A stretch of 64,000 nucleotides of DNA from Bacillota bacterium. Lineage in GTDB: Bacteria; Bacillota; Clostridia; Lachnospirales; Lachnospiraceae. The stretch is from assembly GCA_023415635.1 (NCBI GenBank), contig JAEZJV010000086.1:24195-88194 (forward strand), written 5' to 3'. Of the stretch, positions 1 to 9,987 are shown one piece after another. The position numbers were made by a program, and so were the translations under genes. A model generated the notes under the pieces. It saw only the letters and a list, made by a program, of their open reading frames with translations. It did no database searches and was not told where the DNA came from. Position 1 is the first letter of the stretch, and the number at the start of each line of letters is the position of its first letter.

Positions 1-1384
1 TAATATAGTTTACCGCTGCATATGGTGTCATAGCTCCAAGCATTCCAAGATCATATTCCAGCTGTTCAAGTCGCTCCAGCATCCAGTTTTTGTCCTCATA
101 ATATGCCTTTATCTCTTCAAAATCTACCTCCGGACTGTCAAAAAAGTCCCGGCTCACATAGCGCTTTGGTCTATTGATAATCTGCAGATAGAGGCTTCTC
201 TGATTTGCTCCTCTCCCTAACCTTATATAAGCAAGTATATCTGAGGTTATCCAGTGATCAAATAAGTTAGGAAGATTATCCTTCATTCGAAAGGGAATGT
301 TATATTCCATTAATTTATGCAAGAGTGAGCCTGATCCGAGGTTAGTGCGTACGAGCACAGCCATCCGATTATACGGGACTCCCTCCTTGGTAAGCTGTAG
401 GATTTCCTGAGCAATGCCCTGATTCTGTAGAGCCAGTGTATCATACCTCCGGATGATGACAGGACTGCCTTCTTCTCTCACCGGTAAAGGCTTCTTGTCA
501 AACCTATGAATATTATGTCCGATCAGGCAACCGGCAGCCTCCAGTATAGGCGGGCTGCTGCGGTAATTACTGCTTAAGGTAAGCCTTCTGTACTGCGGAT
601 AATCTACAGGAAAATTCAACATAATCTCCGGCTTAGCTCCTCGGAAGCGATAGATCGATTGATCGTCATCTCCGACTATAAACAGATTCTCCTGCGGTTT
701 CGCGAGCATACGGATAATTTCATACTGAACAAGATTAATATCCTGAAATTCATCAATCAATATGTACCGGAATTTATTCTGCCATACTGCCAATATATCC
801 TCTCGCTGTGTAAGCAGCTCCAAGCAGAGTACCAGCATATCATCAAAGTCAATCAGCTTTTCCCTCTCTAAAAAATGCGCATATTCCTTATAAATTCTAC
901 GGAATACTTCATCCGCACAATTTTGAGAATAATAGTTCGAAAGCTCAATCCTGCTTCCTTTTACCAGACTGATTTCGGAAAGCAGCTCCAGAATAAAATC
1001 CTTCTCATCCTCATACGTAAACCCCTGTCGGTGAATAATCTCCTTCATTGCCTGATAACGGACCTCATCCCGAATGATATTACTGCCATTCAGATGATAA
1101 GCATGCTTCAGTATGGTAAAAAACACAGCATGGAAGGTCCCAAAATTGACTCTCGTATGCCCGGTCTCGCGTAGAGCCAAAAATCGCTCCTTCATCTCTA
1201 GGGCAGCAGCCTTGGTAAATGTAATGACTAATATCTGTTCCTCGGGAATATGCTCCTCTTCTATCAGATTCTTTACCCTCCAGGTGATCACCATTGTCTT
1301 ACCTGACCCCGGTCCTGCCAGGACCATCATTGGTCCCTCCTTATGTAAGATCGCCTGCTGCTGAGTTTCATTCAGTTGAATCAT
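1..1384 (-). CDS. UvrD/PcrA/Rep-family ATP-dependent DNA helicase (runs off the left edge; absent from the ORF track)
   Basis: Read on the minus strand from ATG at 1384: MIQLNETQQQAILHKEGPMMVLAGPGSGKT (Walker A), later IDEFQD (Walker B) and GDDDQSIYRFRGA (motif III). Confidence 0.93.
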   Translation of the reverse strand, partial: MIQLNETQQQAILHKEGPMMVLAGPGSGKTMVITWRVKNLIEEEHIPEEQILVITFTKAAALEMKERFLALRETGHTRVNFGTFHAVFFTILKHAYHLNGSNIIRDEVRYQAMKEIIHRQGFTYEDEKDFILELLSEISLVKGSRIELSNYYSQNCADEVFRRIYKEYAHFLEREKLIDFDDMLVLCLELLTQREDILAVWQNKFRYILIDEFQDINLVQYEIIRMLAKPQENLFIVGDDDQSIYRFRGAKPEIMLNFPVDYPQYRRLTLSSNYRSSPPILEAAGCLIGHNIHRFDKKPLPVREEGSPVIIRRYDTLALQNQGIAQEILQLTKEGVPYNRMAVLVRTNLGSGSLLHKLMEYNIPFRMKDNLPNLFDHWITSDILAYIRLGRGANQRSLYLQIINRPKRYVSRDFFDSPEVDFEEIKAYYEDKNWMLERLEQLEYDLGMLGAMTPYAAVNYI

Positions 1385-1547
1385 AATACTATACCTTTCG
1401 TAGGAATTTCGATTAATACCGATACCGGAGATTTAAGATTAACAAGTCTTGTGATATAATGACGAAAGCAGAAGAGGTATACCCTCAGAGAATGGCCTAA
1501 ATATGTTATCTTAATCAGGCTTATGCGTCCTGATATTCTGTCTTAAT

Positions 1548-1573
1548 GGGGCTGCTGCAAATGCAGCAGCCCC
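1548..1573. repeat. GC-rich perfect palindrome (REP-like element or atypical terminator) downstream of gltX
   Basis: GGGGCTGCTGCA-AA-TGCAGCAGCCCC, 12-bp perfect arms; no clear U-tract on either strand. Confidence 0.7.
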
Positions 1574-1582
1574 TAGTAAATT

Positions 1583-3058
1583 TCAGCTTAATTTAGCGAT
1601 TGCTTTCTTGATTCTTCTGAGGCTCTCCTCCTTACCCAGGATACTCATAATCTCATATGCTCCGCCAGGTGTGGATTGCTTTCCGGATACCGCAGTTCTT
1701 ACCGGCCATAGACCTTGTCCGTTTTTAATACCCTTCTCGGCGATATAGGACATAATTGCAGCTTCAATTCCCTCCTCAGTATACTCGCTGAGTTCTTCAA
1801 ACCTCGGCAATAAATCCTGCAATACCTTCAGAGAACTTTGGGCATCGGTCTTCATCTTCTTATGAGTGTACATCTCGATATCATACTCGGGCAGCTCCTC
1901 AAAGAAATCAATAATCTCCTTGATATCTACCAGTGTTTCAATTCGGGTCTTGACCAAAGCTGCGATTCTACGGTAATCTAGGGGCTTCTTTAAAACTGAA
2001 TTGATATAAGGAAGGGCCAGCTCATAAAACTTCTCAAACTCCATGTTTTTTATATATTCCCCATTCATCCAACGCAGCTTCACAATATCAAATACAGCAG
2101 GAGCCTTATTGATGTGGGTATAATCAAATTCCTTAATCAATTCCTCGAGGGACATAATCTCTGTATTGTTGGAGGAACTCCAACCAAGGAGAGCTACGAA
2201 ATTAATAATAGCCTCTGATACGAACCCCTGCTCTATCAGATCCTCATAGGAGGAATGTCCGCTTCGCTTGCTCAGCTTCTTATGCTCTTCGTTGGTAATC
2301 AGGGGAAGGTGTACATAGACAGGCTCCTCCCATCCGAAATCCTGATATAGCCTGGTATACTTAGGGGTGGAGGAAAGATACTCGTTTCCTCTGACCACGT
2401 GCGTGATTTTCATTAAATGATCATCCACAACATTGGCAAAATTATAAGTCGGATAACCATCTGATTTAATCAGAATCATGTCGTCCAGCTCCTCATTATC
2501 CACCGTAATCTCTCCGAAGATTGCGTCATGGAAAGTTGTGGAGCCTTCTGTCGGGTTATTCTGACGAATGACGTATGGGATACCTGCATCAAGCTTAGCC
2601 TGAAGCTCTTCCTTCGTCAAGTGCAGACAATGCTTATCATACTTTGTTATTTCCTTAATTTCTTCCTCGTCCTCCTCGGACTGACCACCCACGGCAGTTT
2701 TTAAGGACGCAAGCCTTTCCTTCGTGCAGAAGCAATAGTAAGCTGCCCCTTTATCAACAAGCATTTTCGCATACTCCAGATAGATCCCGCTGGCCATGCG
2801 CTCACTCTGTACATATGGGCCATAACCTCCGTCCTTGTCAGGACCTTCGTCATGGATTAGACCGGTTCCCTTAATAGTACGGTAGATAATGTCTACAGCA
2901 CCCTCCACCAAACGCTCCTGATCCGTATCCTCGATACGAAGAATGAAGGTTCCTCCTTCATGCTTTGCTATCAAAAATTCATATAATGCTGTTCTTAAGT
3001 TACCTACATGCATCCTGCCTGTCGGGCTGGGTGCAAATCTGGTTCTGATTGTACTCAT
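1583..3058 (-). CDS. gltX: Glutamate--tRNA ligase
   Basis: [14 protein letters not shown] (HIGH-like), RIEDTD, YYCFC, KLSKR (KMSKS-like). Start placed at MSTIRTR after AGGAAGG; the ORF track starts at 3079. Confidence 0.97.
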   Translation of the reverse strand: MSTIRTRFAPSPTGRMHVGNLRTALYEFLIAKHEGGTFILRIEDTDQERLVEGAVDIIYRTIKGTGLIHDEGPDKDGGYGPYVQSERMASGIYLEYAKMLVDKGAAYYCFCTKERLASLKTAVGGQSEEDEEEIKEITKYDKHCLHLTKEELQAKLDAGIPYVIRQNNPTEGSTTFHDAIFGEITVDNEELDDMILIKSDGYPTYNFANVVDDHLMKITHVVRGNEYLSSTPKYTRLYQDFGWEEPVYVHLPLITNEEHKKLSKRSGHSSYEDLIEQGFVSEAIINFVALLGWSSSNNTEIMSLEELIKEFDYTHINKAPAVFDIVKLRWMNGEYIKNMEFEKFYELALPYINSVLKKPLDYRRIAALVKTRIETLVDIKEIIDFFEELPEYDIEMYTHKKMKTDAQSSLKVLQDLLPRFEELSEYTEEGIEAAIMSYIAEKGIKNGQGLWPVRTAVSGKQSTPGGAYEIMSILGKEESLRRIKKAIAKLS

Positions 3059-3202
3059 GTCCATTGACCTTCCTATCATTTTAAGAGTGTGTTTAACTGA
3101 TACAAAAGATCATGTCACCTATGGTGACATGCTAAACTATTCAAATATTTCCCTGTTCCGGGTTATCCGGCAGAGTAAATCATCCGGTTCCTTTGTACCA
3201 AA

Positions 3203-3643
3203 CTATTGATAGTACGGACCATAATCCTGCATCATCTGCTGGAATAACGGTGTACTCATAACCGCAGCCAAATATGCCACGATTAATATAAACAAAAATA
3301 CCAGAAATATCAGGGTTGCTCTCGCCCAATTCCTCTTGCTGACAGGAGTTGAATCACTGAATGCCCAAACCATGAGTAGTATGATATTCGCAAAAGGAAC
3401 CAGCAGTATAGCATACATCCCAATCCATCCAAGCAGAGAGGTAGGTTTTTCCAAGGCTCCTCTCTGTTGCATTCCCATCATCATATTCGGTACCGGATCT
3501 GCCGTATATGGTCTACTCATAAACGGTTGCCCCATTACAGTTGAAGAAGCTGCCTGCGCTTTTTCCCGACAAGAGGCTCCGCAATATTCACAAAAATTCG
3601 CTGTTTCATTTTGAATCTGTCTTCCACAGGTATGGCACGTCAT
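3203..3643 (-). CDS. Zinc-ribbon domain membrane protein
   Basis: N-terminal CxxC...FCxxCG, Pro/Met-rich linker, then 2-3 hydrophobic helices with KRNWARA; GAGGTG RBS before MTCHTC. Confidence 0.75.
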   Translation of the reverse strand: MTCHTCGRQIQNETANFCEYCGASCREKAQAASSTVMGQPFMSRPYTADPVPNMMMGMQQRGALEKPTSLLGWIGMYAILLVPFANIILLMVWAFSDSTPVSKRNWARATLIFLVFLFILIVAYLAAVMSTPLFQQMMQDYGPYYQ

Positions 3644-3708
3644 TTGTTTCCACCTCATTATGATTTGTTTTTCTTATTATAGCATATGTAATCTAAAAAT
3701 CAAACCTA

Positions 3709-3746
3709 AACAGGTGCCTGCAAAGGAACTCCTGCCGGCACCTGTT
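3709..3746 (-). terminator. Probable intrinsic terminator of the ABC operon
   Basis: AACAGGTGCC...GGCACCTGTT inverted repeat, followed by T-rich sequence on the minus strand. Confidence 0.6.
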
Positions 3747-3777
3747 ATCGTTCTTTGTGATATCTGAATTAAGAGTA

Positions 3778-5106
3778 CTAACTTTCTGTCTTCATAGCTT
3801 CTATTGCACTGATCTTGGTGGCGCGTCTTGCCGGGAAATATCCTGACAATAGACCGACAGAGATTGATATCAGCAAAGCAGCTATCGGTAAATAGATCGG
3901 TATAATTGAAAAATGAGTATTTGTCATATCATACATATAGTTACCTGACATCAAGGACTGGAACAAAGGGCCACCAAATTTGTTAATCACTAAGGATGCA
4001 ATGTACCCCAGAATAATTCCAAATAACCCACCTATAAGTCCAATAATCGCTGCCTCGAACAGGAAGAGCTTTCTGATGTCTATAACCACACAGCCCAGCA
4101 CCTTCATAATACCGATTTCCTTGGTACGTTCGTAGATTGACATAACCATCGTATTAGCGATACTGATTGCAGATACAAACATGGCAACCAATCCAAGTGA
4201 TCCCAGTACCATCTGTAGCGTCTCGGATGCTTTCTGGAGAGGCTCTAAAAACTGCATCATACTCTGCGACTGAAATCCAAGCTTTTCAATCTCCTCCTGT
4301 ACCTTCATTACATTGTCGACATTATCTACATTCAGCTTGATCTGCTGGTATTTCTCCACGTTACGGATTGCCTTCTTCCGATCCTCCAGCTTTAAGGTAT
4401 TGCAGTATTTCCGGTAGATCATCTTGAAGTATTCCATATCCATATAGACATTATAGTCATATTCACCGTTCGTCTGCTCCATTTTGGCTATGTTTTTCAT
4501 TGGAAGGCTAAATTCCTTTTTATCCTCATCAGGCTGGAAATCCTGGAACTTTAATACCACCTTCTGCTTCTGCATATCAACCTGAACAGGATGATACCCC
4601 CGGGAAGACGGATCATAGAACTCAAATGGCATGTTGAAGCCAAATACGATCGGAGTGTTATCCTCCGCCGTAGGATATGAACCATATTGCAATGCTGGAA
4701 AATCAAAGGCCTCAAAGGTATCCAAATCAATGGCGGTAATGTTAACCCAGGACATATATTTTCCGGCAAAGAGCGAACCTCCCATTGATACAACCGGAGA
4801 TACCGCCCTGACATGCTCTATCTCTTTGATCTGCCGTACCAGATTATCATCAAGAACCTGCTGTTTACTATCAACCCATTTTCCGTCATCATCTTTGACA
4901 TCTGCATAGGTATATACTGATATCGTAGTCAGTCCTCCCTGCTGCATTACCTGGGTTTCAAAGTTATTCTGCATTCCGTAGCCTATGGATCTCATTATGA
5001 TAATCGATAAGGTACCAATGACAACACCCAATACCGTAAGTATTGTTCTTGCCTTTCTTCGGGATAGATTCCTCAGTCCCATGATGAAGAGATCACTAAT
5101 CCTCAT
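3778..5106 (-). CDS. MacB/FtsX-family ABC transporter permease
   Basis: RTILTVLGVVIG first TM, large extracytoplasmic loop, SIYERTKEIGIMKVLG, C-terminal PARRATKISAIEAM. Confidence 0.92.
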   Translation of the reverse strand: MRISDLFIMGLRNLSRRKARTILTVLGVVIGTLSIIIMRSIGYGMQNNFETQVMQQGGLTTISVYTYADVKDDDGKWVDSKQQVLDDNLVRQIKEIEHVRAVSPVVSMGGSLFAGKYMSWVNITAIDLDTFEAFDFPALQYGSYPTAEDNTPIVFGFNMPFEFYDPSSRGYHPVQVDMQKQKVVLKFQDFQPDEDKKEFSLPMKNIAKMEQTNGEYDYNVYMDMEYFKMIYRKYCNTLKLEDRKKAIRNVEKYQQIKLNVDNVDNVMKVQEEIEKLGFQSQSMMQFLEPLQKASETLQMVLGSLGLVAMFVSAISIANTMVMSIYERTKEIGIMKVLGCVVIDIRKLFLFEAAIIGLIGGLFGIILGYIASLVINKFGGPLFQSLMSGNYMYDMTNTHFSIIPIYLPIAALLISISVGLLSGYFPARRATKISAIEAMKTES

Positions 5107-5380
5107 ACAACTCAATTCCTTTTTTGATTTTTCTCTTAGCTAGAAATATACCCAGTGCAGCACTTGCTGCCAGCACCAATACGGATATTCCAATAACAAA
5201 TAACCAAGAGGATAAGATCGGATCCTTTATTTGTGGTCCGGCCATAGCATCTACAGCCTTTCCTTCCTCGGTCATAACTGGTTCACCCACTGGTGCCATA
5301 TCTGCTGCGACCTCTGTTTTTGCCAGTAATACTACCCCTTCTACTGCTTCTGTTAATATAAATTCCATAGTTTCCTCCAT
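5096..5380 (-). CDS. Small single-pass membrane protein in the ABC operon
   Basis: Acidic N-terminus, one TM, basic tail; GGAGGA-type RBS; overlaps the permease start. Confidence 0.75.
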   Translation of the reverse strand: MEETMEFILTEAVEGVVLLAKTEVAADMAPVGEPVMTEEGKAVDAMAGPQIKDPILSSWLFVIGISVLVLAASAALGIFLAKRKIKKGIELYED

Positions 5381-5401
5381 CCTCTACTATACCCGTCCTG
5401 A

Positions 5402-7864
5402 TTAAATTTGCTCCACTTCGCGTTTACGAAGCTTTGCTTTATATAAAGTTATTACTATTTTTCTTGTAATTGGTACAAATGCACCAAATAGGATTAATTC
5501 CATGAGTATGAAGCCCCAGACAGGCATAATCGGTTTTTTGGCCTCCGGTACAGGATTAAATGCATCCACTGCTCCTCCACCGTCCATCATTCCGGGATCC
5601 ATACTTACAGCTGGCATTACATCCTGGCTGAAATCCTTAGTAAACTCTATCTTATCACCGTTGCTATCCTCAAAGGATATCTTGAGAACACCCTTTGCCG
5701 TTCCCTCCACATTCGGAATGACATCAAATTCTACATAGGATGAGGTACCTGCCGCTACATTTCCGATGAAATACATTTCACCGTCCGCCTTTGTAAAATC
5801 TCCCTCCAGTGTAGTTATTACATTATTCAACTGTGATTTACCCATATTATAAAATTCAAAACCGAGGGTTGCTGTTCCTCCTGAAACTACATTGCCATCC
5901 CAGGAATAAACATTGACATTATCTACAACAGGTCTTGAATTCTCCACCGCCGATAGATTAAGCTCAACAGGTAGAGTTACACCTACTTCTCCTGTCTCAG
6001 GATTTGGTTTAATTCCCTCGTATTCATATTCTATAGTCACCTTTAACGGATAAGTCTTTGTTGTTGCATCAGATTTTACCTTCATGGCTACAGTCTGCTC
6101 CACTGTCTCTCCGGCAGCAATCGAAGTAATAAAAAAACTGTTGCTTCCCTGTGCTACCGTGAAGATATTATCCGCCTGTGTTAAGGTTACAGTGATGTTT
6201 TTTGCTGCTATTGATGAGTGTGTATTATATAAATCAAAGGTAAAATTAAAGGTAGACCCAGCTCGAAGCTCCTTCTGATCCACGGTATAATTACTGATGA
6301 TTATCTTAGGCTTACTGTTACTGCCCAGATCATTTTTTATATCCCGGATCGGAATAGTTACTGTCTCACCGGTAGAATTACCTGCATAGGTATATTTCAG
6401 GGTCAGATTATTTAGTCCTGCCTGAATCTTATCCGATACAGTCAGATTCATGATTATTCTCTTTGATTTACCCGCAGCTATCTTATCTACAAAGATGTAA
6501 GGCTCGGATTCCTTCGGGATGAAGGTAGTTCCATCCAAATTCTGAAGGGAAAGCTTAATCTCTGTGATATCTGACTGGCTGTTATTTTTTAGATCGTAGA
6601 TTACCTGCATAGCATCTCCGGCAACCGGTTGCTCGGGCAGCTGCTTCACATTCTCAAGCACAAGTCCTGAGTCTCCGGAAGCTCCTCCCCCTATCACCTC
6701 AGGATAGATCGTAATCGTCGAGGTATAGGTATTGCCGGCTTCATCATCGAAGCTAAGGATAAGATTAACTTTTTTATTTCCACTGGTAGCTGTTTTTGAT
6801 ACCGTCAGCGGTATCTTCGCCACAACGTCCTTATCATTTTCCGCTCTACCGACATAGATGCTGTCCGTATAGTAATTCCGGAAGAAGCCATCCGCACCTG
6901 TCGTAGCATCATCTACCTTAACTGTAATATTAGAAGCATCGGTTAATCCGTAATTATGTAGTGTTACCTTTACCGTTACCTCCGCACCCGGTTTAAGTTC
7001 TTTTGAGTAGCTTACCTTATCTATCTGAAGCTCAGGAGCCTTATCATTTTTCTTCACATCAACATAGATCTGATTGGTATCCGTACACTTCGTTCCGTCC
7101 AGATCCTTATATTCAAAATTGACAGTGACAGTCTTCAAACCTACCGTTGCAGTCGTCAAAATCTTAACCGGCAGAGTAAAATACTGCTCTTTGCCCGGTC
7201 CTAGGTCTCCTATCTTAATTTTGGGAGTAGCATAATCAGGAGTAATATTGGTGGTTCCATAGTCCAGTGATACATAGGAATTTCTGGCAGATATATCTCC
7301 TTCATTTCTTACAACAAAGGCGATATTTGTCTTACCTCCTACGACCGGATCCTTAATTCTTACATTATTAACAGTAAGCTGAGCAGGTGTAGCCTCCTTC
7401 AACACCTGTACCTCAATCGTGGTAGTTAAGGAAATAGGTTCCAAGGAACCGTCCAAATTACCTACCGTAGCATTGACTCTGATGGTAATCGGATAAGTTC
7501 CGATTTTAGCAGTCTCCTTCACATCAATATCAAAATCCACATAAGTGCTTCCCAGTGTGGAGATAAAGTTCGTCGGTGTCTGATTTGGCTCCGTCAGTGT
7601 AGCCTGAGACAGGTTAAAAGGAGCATTCGATGCCGAAACCGTAACTGATGGCTCATTGATGGCATATCCGATTGCTCTGATTGGCACTCTCATATGCTTC
7701 GACGTACCGGGTACGATGGCCAGTTGTTCGTTACTCATCTTTTCATTGATAACGATGTCCGTTGCCTTTGCGGCATAAACTACCGCAGTATTGCCTATCA
7801 TACCTGTTATGAACATTGTAAGCGTCAATACAGCAATTAATGATTTTCTAAGCTTTCCCTTCAT
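5402..7864 (-). CDS. COG1361/CARDB-like multi-Ig-fold surface protein with signal peptide and C-terminal TM anchor
   Basis: Signal peptide ending VYA; repeated beta-rich modules (N.G...A.N/I.V); C-terminal hydrophobic helix plus basic tail. Confidence 0.8.
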   Translation of the reverse strand: MKGKLRKSLIAVLTLTMFITGMIGNTAVVYAAKATDIVINEKMSNEQLAIVPGTSKHMRVPIRAIGYAINEPSVTVSASNAPFNLSQATLTEPNQTPTNFISTLGSTYVDFDIDVKETAKIGTYPITIRVNATVGNLDGSLEPISLTTTIEVQVLKEATPAQLTVNNVRIKDPVVGGKTNIAFVVRNEGDISARNSYVSLDYGTTNITPDYATPKIKIGDLGPGKEQYFTLPVKILTTATVGLKTVTVNFEYKDLDGTKCTDTNQIYVDVKKNDKAPELQIDKVSYSKELKPGAEVTVKVTLHNYGLTDASNITVKVDDATTGADGFFRNYYTDSIYVGRAENDKDVVAKIPLTVSKTATSGNKKVNLILSFDDEAGNTYTSTITIYPEVIGGGASGDSGLVLENVKQLPEQPVAGDAMQVIYDLKNNSQSDITEIKLSLQNLDGTTFIPKESEPYIFVDKIAAGKSKRIIMNLTVSDKIQAGLNNLTLKYTYAGNSTGETVTIPIRDIKNDLGSNSKPKIIISNYTVDQKELRAGSTFNFTFDLYNTHSSIAAKNITVTLTQADNIFTVAQGSNSFFITSIAAGETVEQTVAMKVKSDATTKTYPLKVTIEYEYEGIKPNPETGEVGVTLPVELNLSAVENSRPVVDNVNVYSWDGNVVSGGTATLGFEFYNMGKSQLNNVITTLEGDFTKADGEMYFIGNVAAGTSSYVEFDVIPNVEGTAKGVLKISFEDSNGDKIEFTKDFSQDVMPAVSMDPGMMDGGGAVDAFNPVPEAKKPIMPVWGFILMELILFGAFVPITRKIVITLYKAKLRKREVEQI

Positions 7865-7925
7865 TCCCTTAACCCTCTTCTTCCTTAATCATAATATTGT
7901 CAACTATCTAAATGAATTATCTCTG

Positions 7926-8657
7926 TTATGCTAAGCATTCGCCAGCTGTTTCCTTCTTTAAAACCTCAATATTATCTATCTTGCCGTCAAATATATGTAT
8001 GATCTTATCAGCATACTCAGCCAGATGCCTGTCATGAGTAACCATAACAATAGTCTGCTGATTATTTTTTGCCATATCTACAATCAGATCCATAACCTCC
8101 CTCGAGGTTTTTGAGTCCAGATTACCGGTTGGTTCATCGGCAAATACGATTTCCGGATTACTGACAAAGGCTCTGGCAATGCCGACTCTTTGCTGTTGTC
8201 CACCACTCATTTCCTTGGGTTTATGCCTAAGTCTTGCCCCAAGACCAACCTTAGTGAGCATATCTTTGGCCATCTTCTTTCTTTTTTTCGTGGCAACACG
8301 TTTAAATATCAGAGGTAACTCTACATTCTCCTGTGCTGTCATGGCATTCATCAAATTGTAGGATTGGAATACAAAGCCCAGGTTATCCTGACGAAATTTC
8401 GCCAGCCCCTTTTCCCCCATCTTGTGGATGTCCTTCCCTTTGATCGTAATCGTTCCCCCACTAAGACGCTCAATGCCTGCCATCAGGTTTAAGAGGGTCG
8501 ATTTACCGGATCCGGAAGCACCATACAGACAGCAGAACTCTCCTCGCTTAATCGTAAAGCTGACATCATCCACCGCATTGATACGTTCTTTGCCCATTCT
8601 GTAAATCTTCTTCACATTCTTAACTTCTATGATGATTTCCTCGTTCTTGTTGTTCAT
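7926..8657 (-). CDS. ABC transporter ATP-binding protein (LolD/MacB type)
   Basis: GASGSGKST, GFVFQSYNL, MSGGQQQRV, FADEPTGNLD, VTHD. Confidence 0.95.
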   Translation of the reverse strand: MNNKNEEIIIEVKNVKKIYRMGKERINAVDDVSFTIKRGEFCCLYGASGSGKSTLLNLMAGIERLSGGTITIKGKDIHKMGEKGLAKFRQDNLGFVFQSYNLMNAMTAQENVELPLIFKRVATKKRKKMAKDMLTKVGLGARLRHKPKEMSGGQQQRVGIARAFVSNPEIVFADEPTGNLDSKTSREVMDLIVDMAKNNQQTIVMVTHDRHLAEYADKIIHIFDGKIDNIEVLKKETAGECLA

Positions 8658-8740
8658 TAAACACCTTCCTGACTATCGAGCCCAAAATGTAAGACGATCT
8701 CATCTATATACTATATCAATAATATAAAATAATGGCTATA

Positions 8741-8773
8741 TTTTTCCTTACTTTTTCCTTACTTTTTCATTAA
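8741..8773 (-). promoter_or_regulatory. Three 11-bp tandem direct repeats upstream of the ABC operon (probable regulator binding site)
   Basis: TTTTTCCTTAC x2 plus TTTTTCATTAA on the plus strand; TG-A-TATAGT extended -10 at 8710-8715 on the minus strand. Confidence 0.6.
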
Positions 8774-8779
8774 AGAATC

Positions 8780-9979
8780 TTATATTTTTCCTGCCAGATC
8801 CTTATCCTGCTTTTTACTTAGTCTATAATCAATAAAGCGGGTAAATATCAGCTTTACATAAGCTCCTACCGGTACTGCAAGCAGCATTCCCAAGAAGCCT
8901 CCTAATGCACTTCCGAAGATAATAGAAACAATGATGATTAGCGGATGTATCTGGATAGAATGACTTAAAAGCTTAGGCCCGATCACGTTTCCGTCAATAA
9001 ACTGAATGACGAACAGCGCTATCATTGAAATAATCCAGATATTGAATTCTCCTCCGAGTAAGCAGATCGCTGTGGTACTGACATAAGCCACAATGGGTCC
9101 AAAGTAAGGAATCAGATTACCGATACCGGCAAAGATTCCGATTAAGATCGCAAATTTCACGCCTGTAATAGACAATACCAGACTGATCAGTACCATCATC
9201 ACAAAGGCGTCTATCAGTTGTCCTCTGATATAGCCTGAGAATACGGTATCTAAATCTCCTACAATTGAACACAATCTATTATCCAGTCTCTCTGAAAAAA
9301 GAGCTTTGCTGATTTTTCTGATGTAGATAAGAAACATCCTGCCATCAATCAGGAAATAGATTCCGATGATGAAGCTGAAGATTAATGTGGTCATTGCACC
9401 GGATATATTTGAAACGGAGCCGAAGGAATTCTTGGCAAAGTTCATCAGTCCAGTCACAATATATGCGGAGGCATCCGTCACATACTGTTCCAACTCCTTG
9501 GACTGGATGTTCCATTCTCCAAGCCTTCTAAGAATTGAATTATAAAAATCTGTCAGAATGTCAAAAAAGCTCTCACCCAATGCAATAATATCATCCAGAT
9601 TAGCAAGCCTGATCTGGTCCGTTACTGTATATACAAGAAGGGAAACCAATCCCACAATAGCAATCATTAACAAAAGCACTGCAGTCACCGTACCCCAGGT
9701 TCTTGGCATAACGACCCTCCTAAGACCCTTTTTCGTCTTAAGCTGCTGATACCTCCGCTCAAAAAAGCCAACCGCCGGATCCATCAGATATGCGAAAACA
9801 AAGCCAAGGACAACGGGCTTGATCACCTTGAAGAGCCATCCAAGCCAATGCATGCATACTGTCAGAATCTGAGGAGCATTCTTCACCACCAGACTCAAGG
9901 CATAGATAATAACCACCGTAATTATGACATACAGAGATATCTGCATATATTTCTTGTTGATTTTATCCTTCCAGCTCAT
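8780..9979 (-). CDS. AI-2E (PerM/UPF0118) family transporter
   Basis: Multiple TMs; GYIRGQ, NLIPYFGP, QFIDGNVIGPK, HP, GMLLAVP motifs. Confidence 0.9.
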   Translation of the reverse strand: MSWKDKINKKYMQISLYVIITVVIIYALSLVVKNAPQILTVCMHWLGWLFKVIKPVVLGFVFAYLMDPAVGFFERRYQQLKTKKGLRRVVMPRTWGTVTAVLLLMIAIVGLVSLLVYTVTDQIRLANLDDIIALGESFFDILTDFYNSILRRLGEWNIQSKELEQYVTDASAYIVTGLMNFAKNSFGSVSNISGAMTTLIFSFIIGIYFLIDGRMFLIYIRKISKALFSERLDNRLCSIVGDLDTVFSGYIRGQLIDAFVMMVLISLVLSITGVKFAILIGIFAGIGNLIPYFGPIVAYVSTTAICLLGGEFNIWIISMIALFVIQFIDGNVIGPKLLSHSIQIHPLIIIVSIIFGSALGGFLGMLLAVPVGAYVKLIFTRFIDYRLSKKQDKDLAGKI

Positions 9980-9987
9980 TCGTATGC

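Noticed and set aside
659..1364. Three plus-strand ORFs in the track (70, 99 and 83 aa)
   Set aside because: Antisense shadows of the minus-strand helicase, which the track missed because it runs off the window.
3059..3202. Possible T-box leader for gltX; palindrome CATGTCACC-TAT-GGTGACATG at 3111-3131
   Set aside because: The region is too short and has no T-box UGGNACC motif or terminator; the palindrome alone cannot be assigned.
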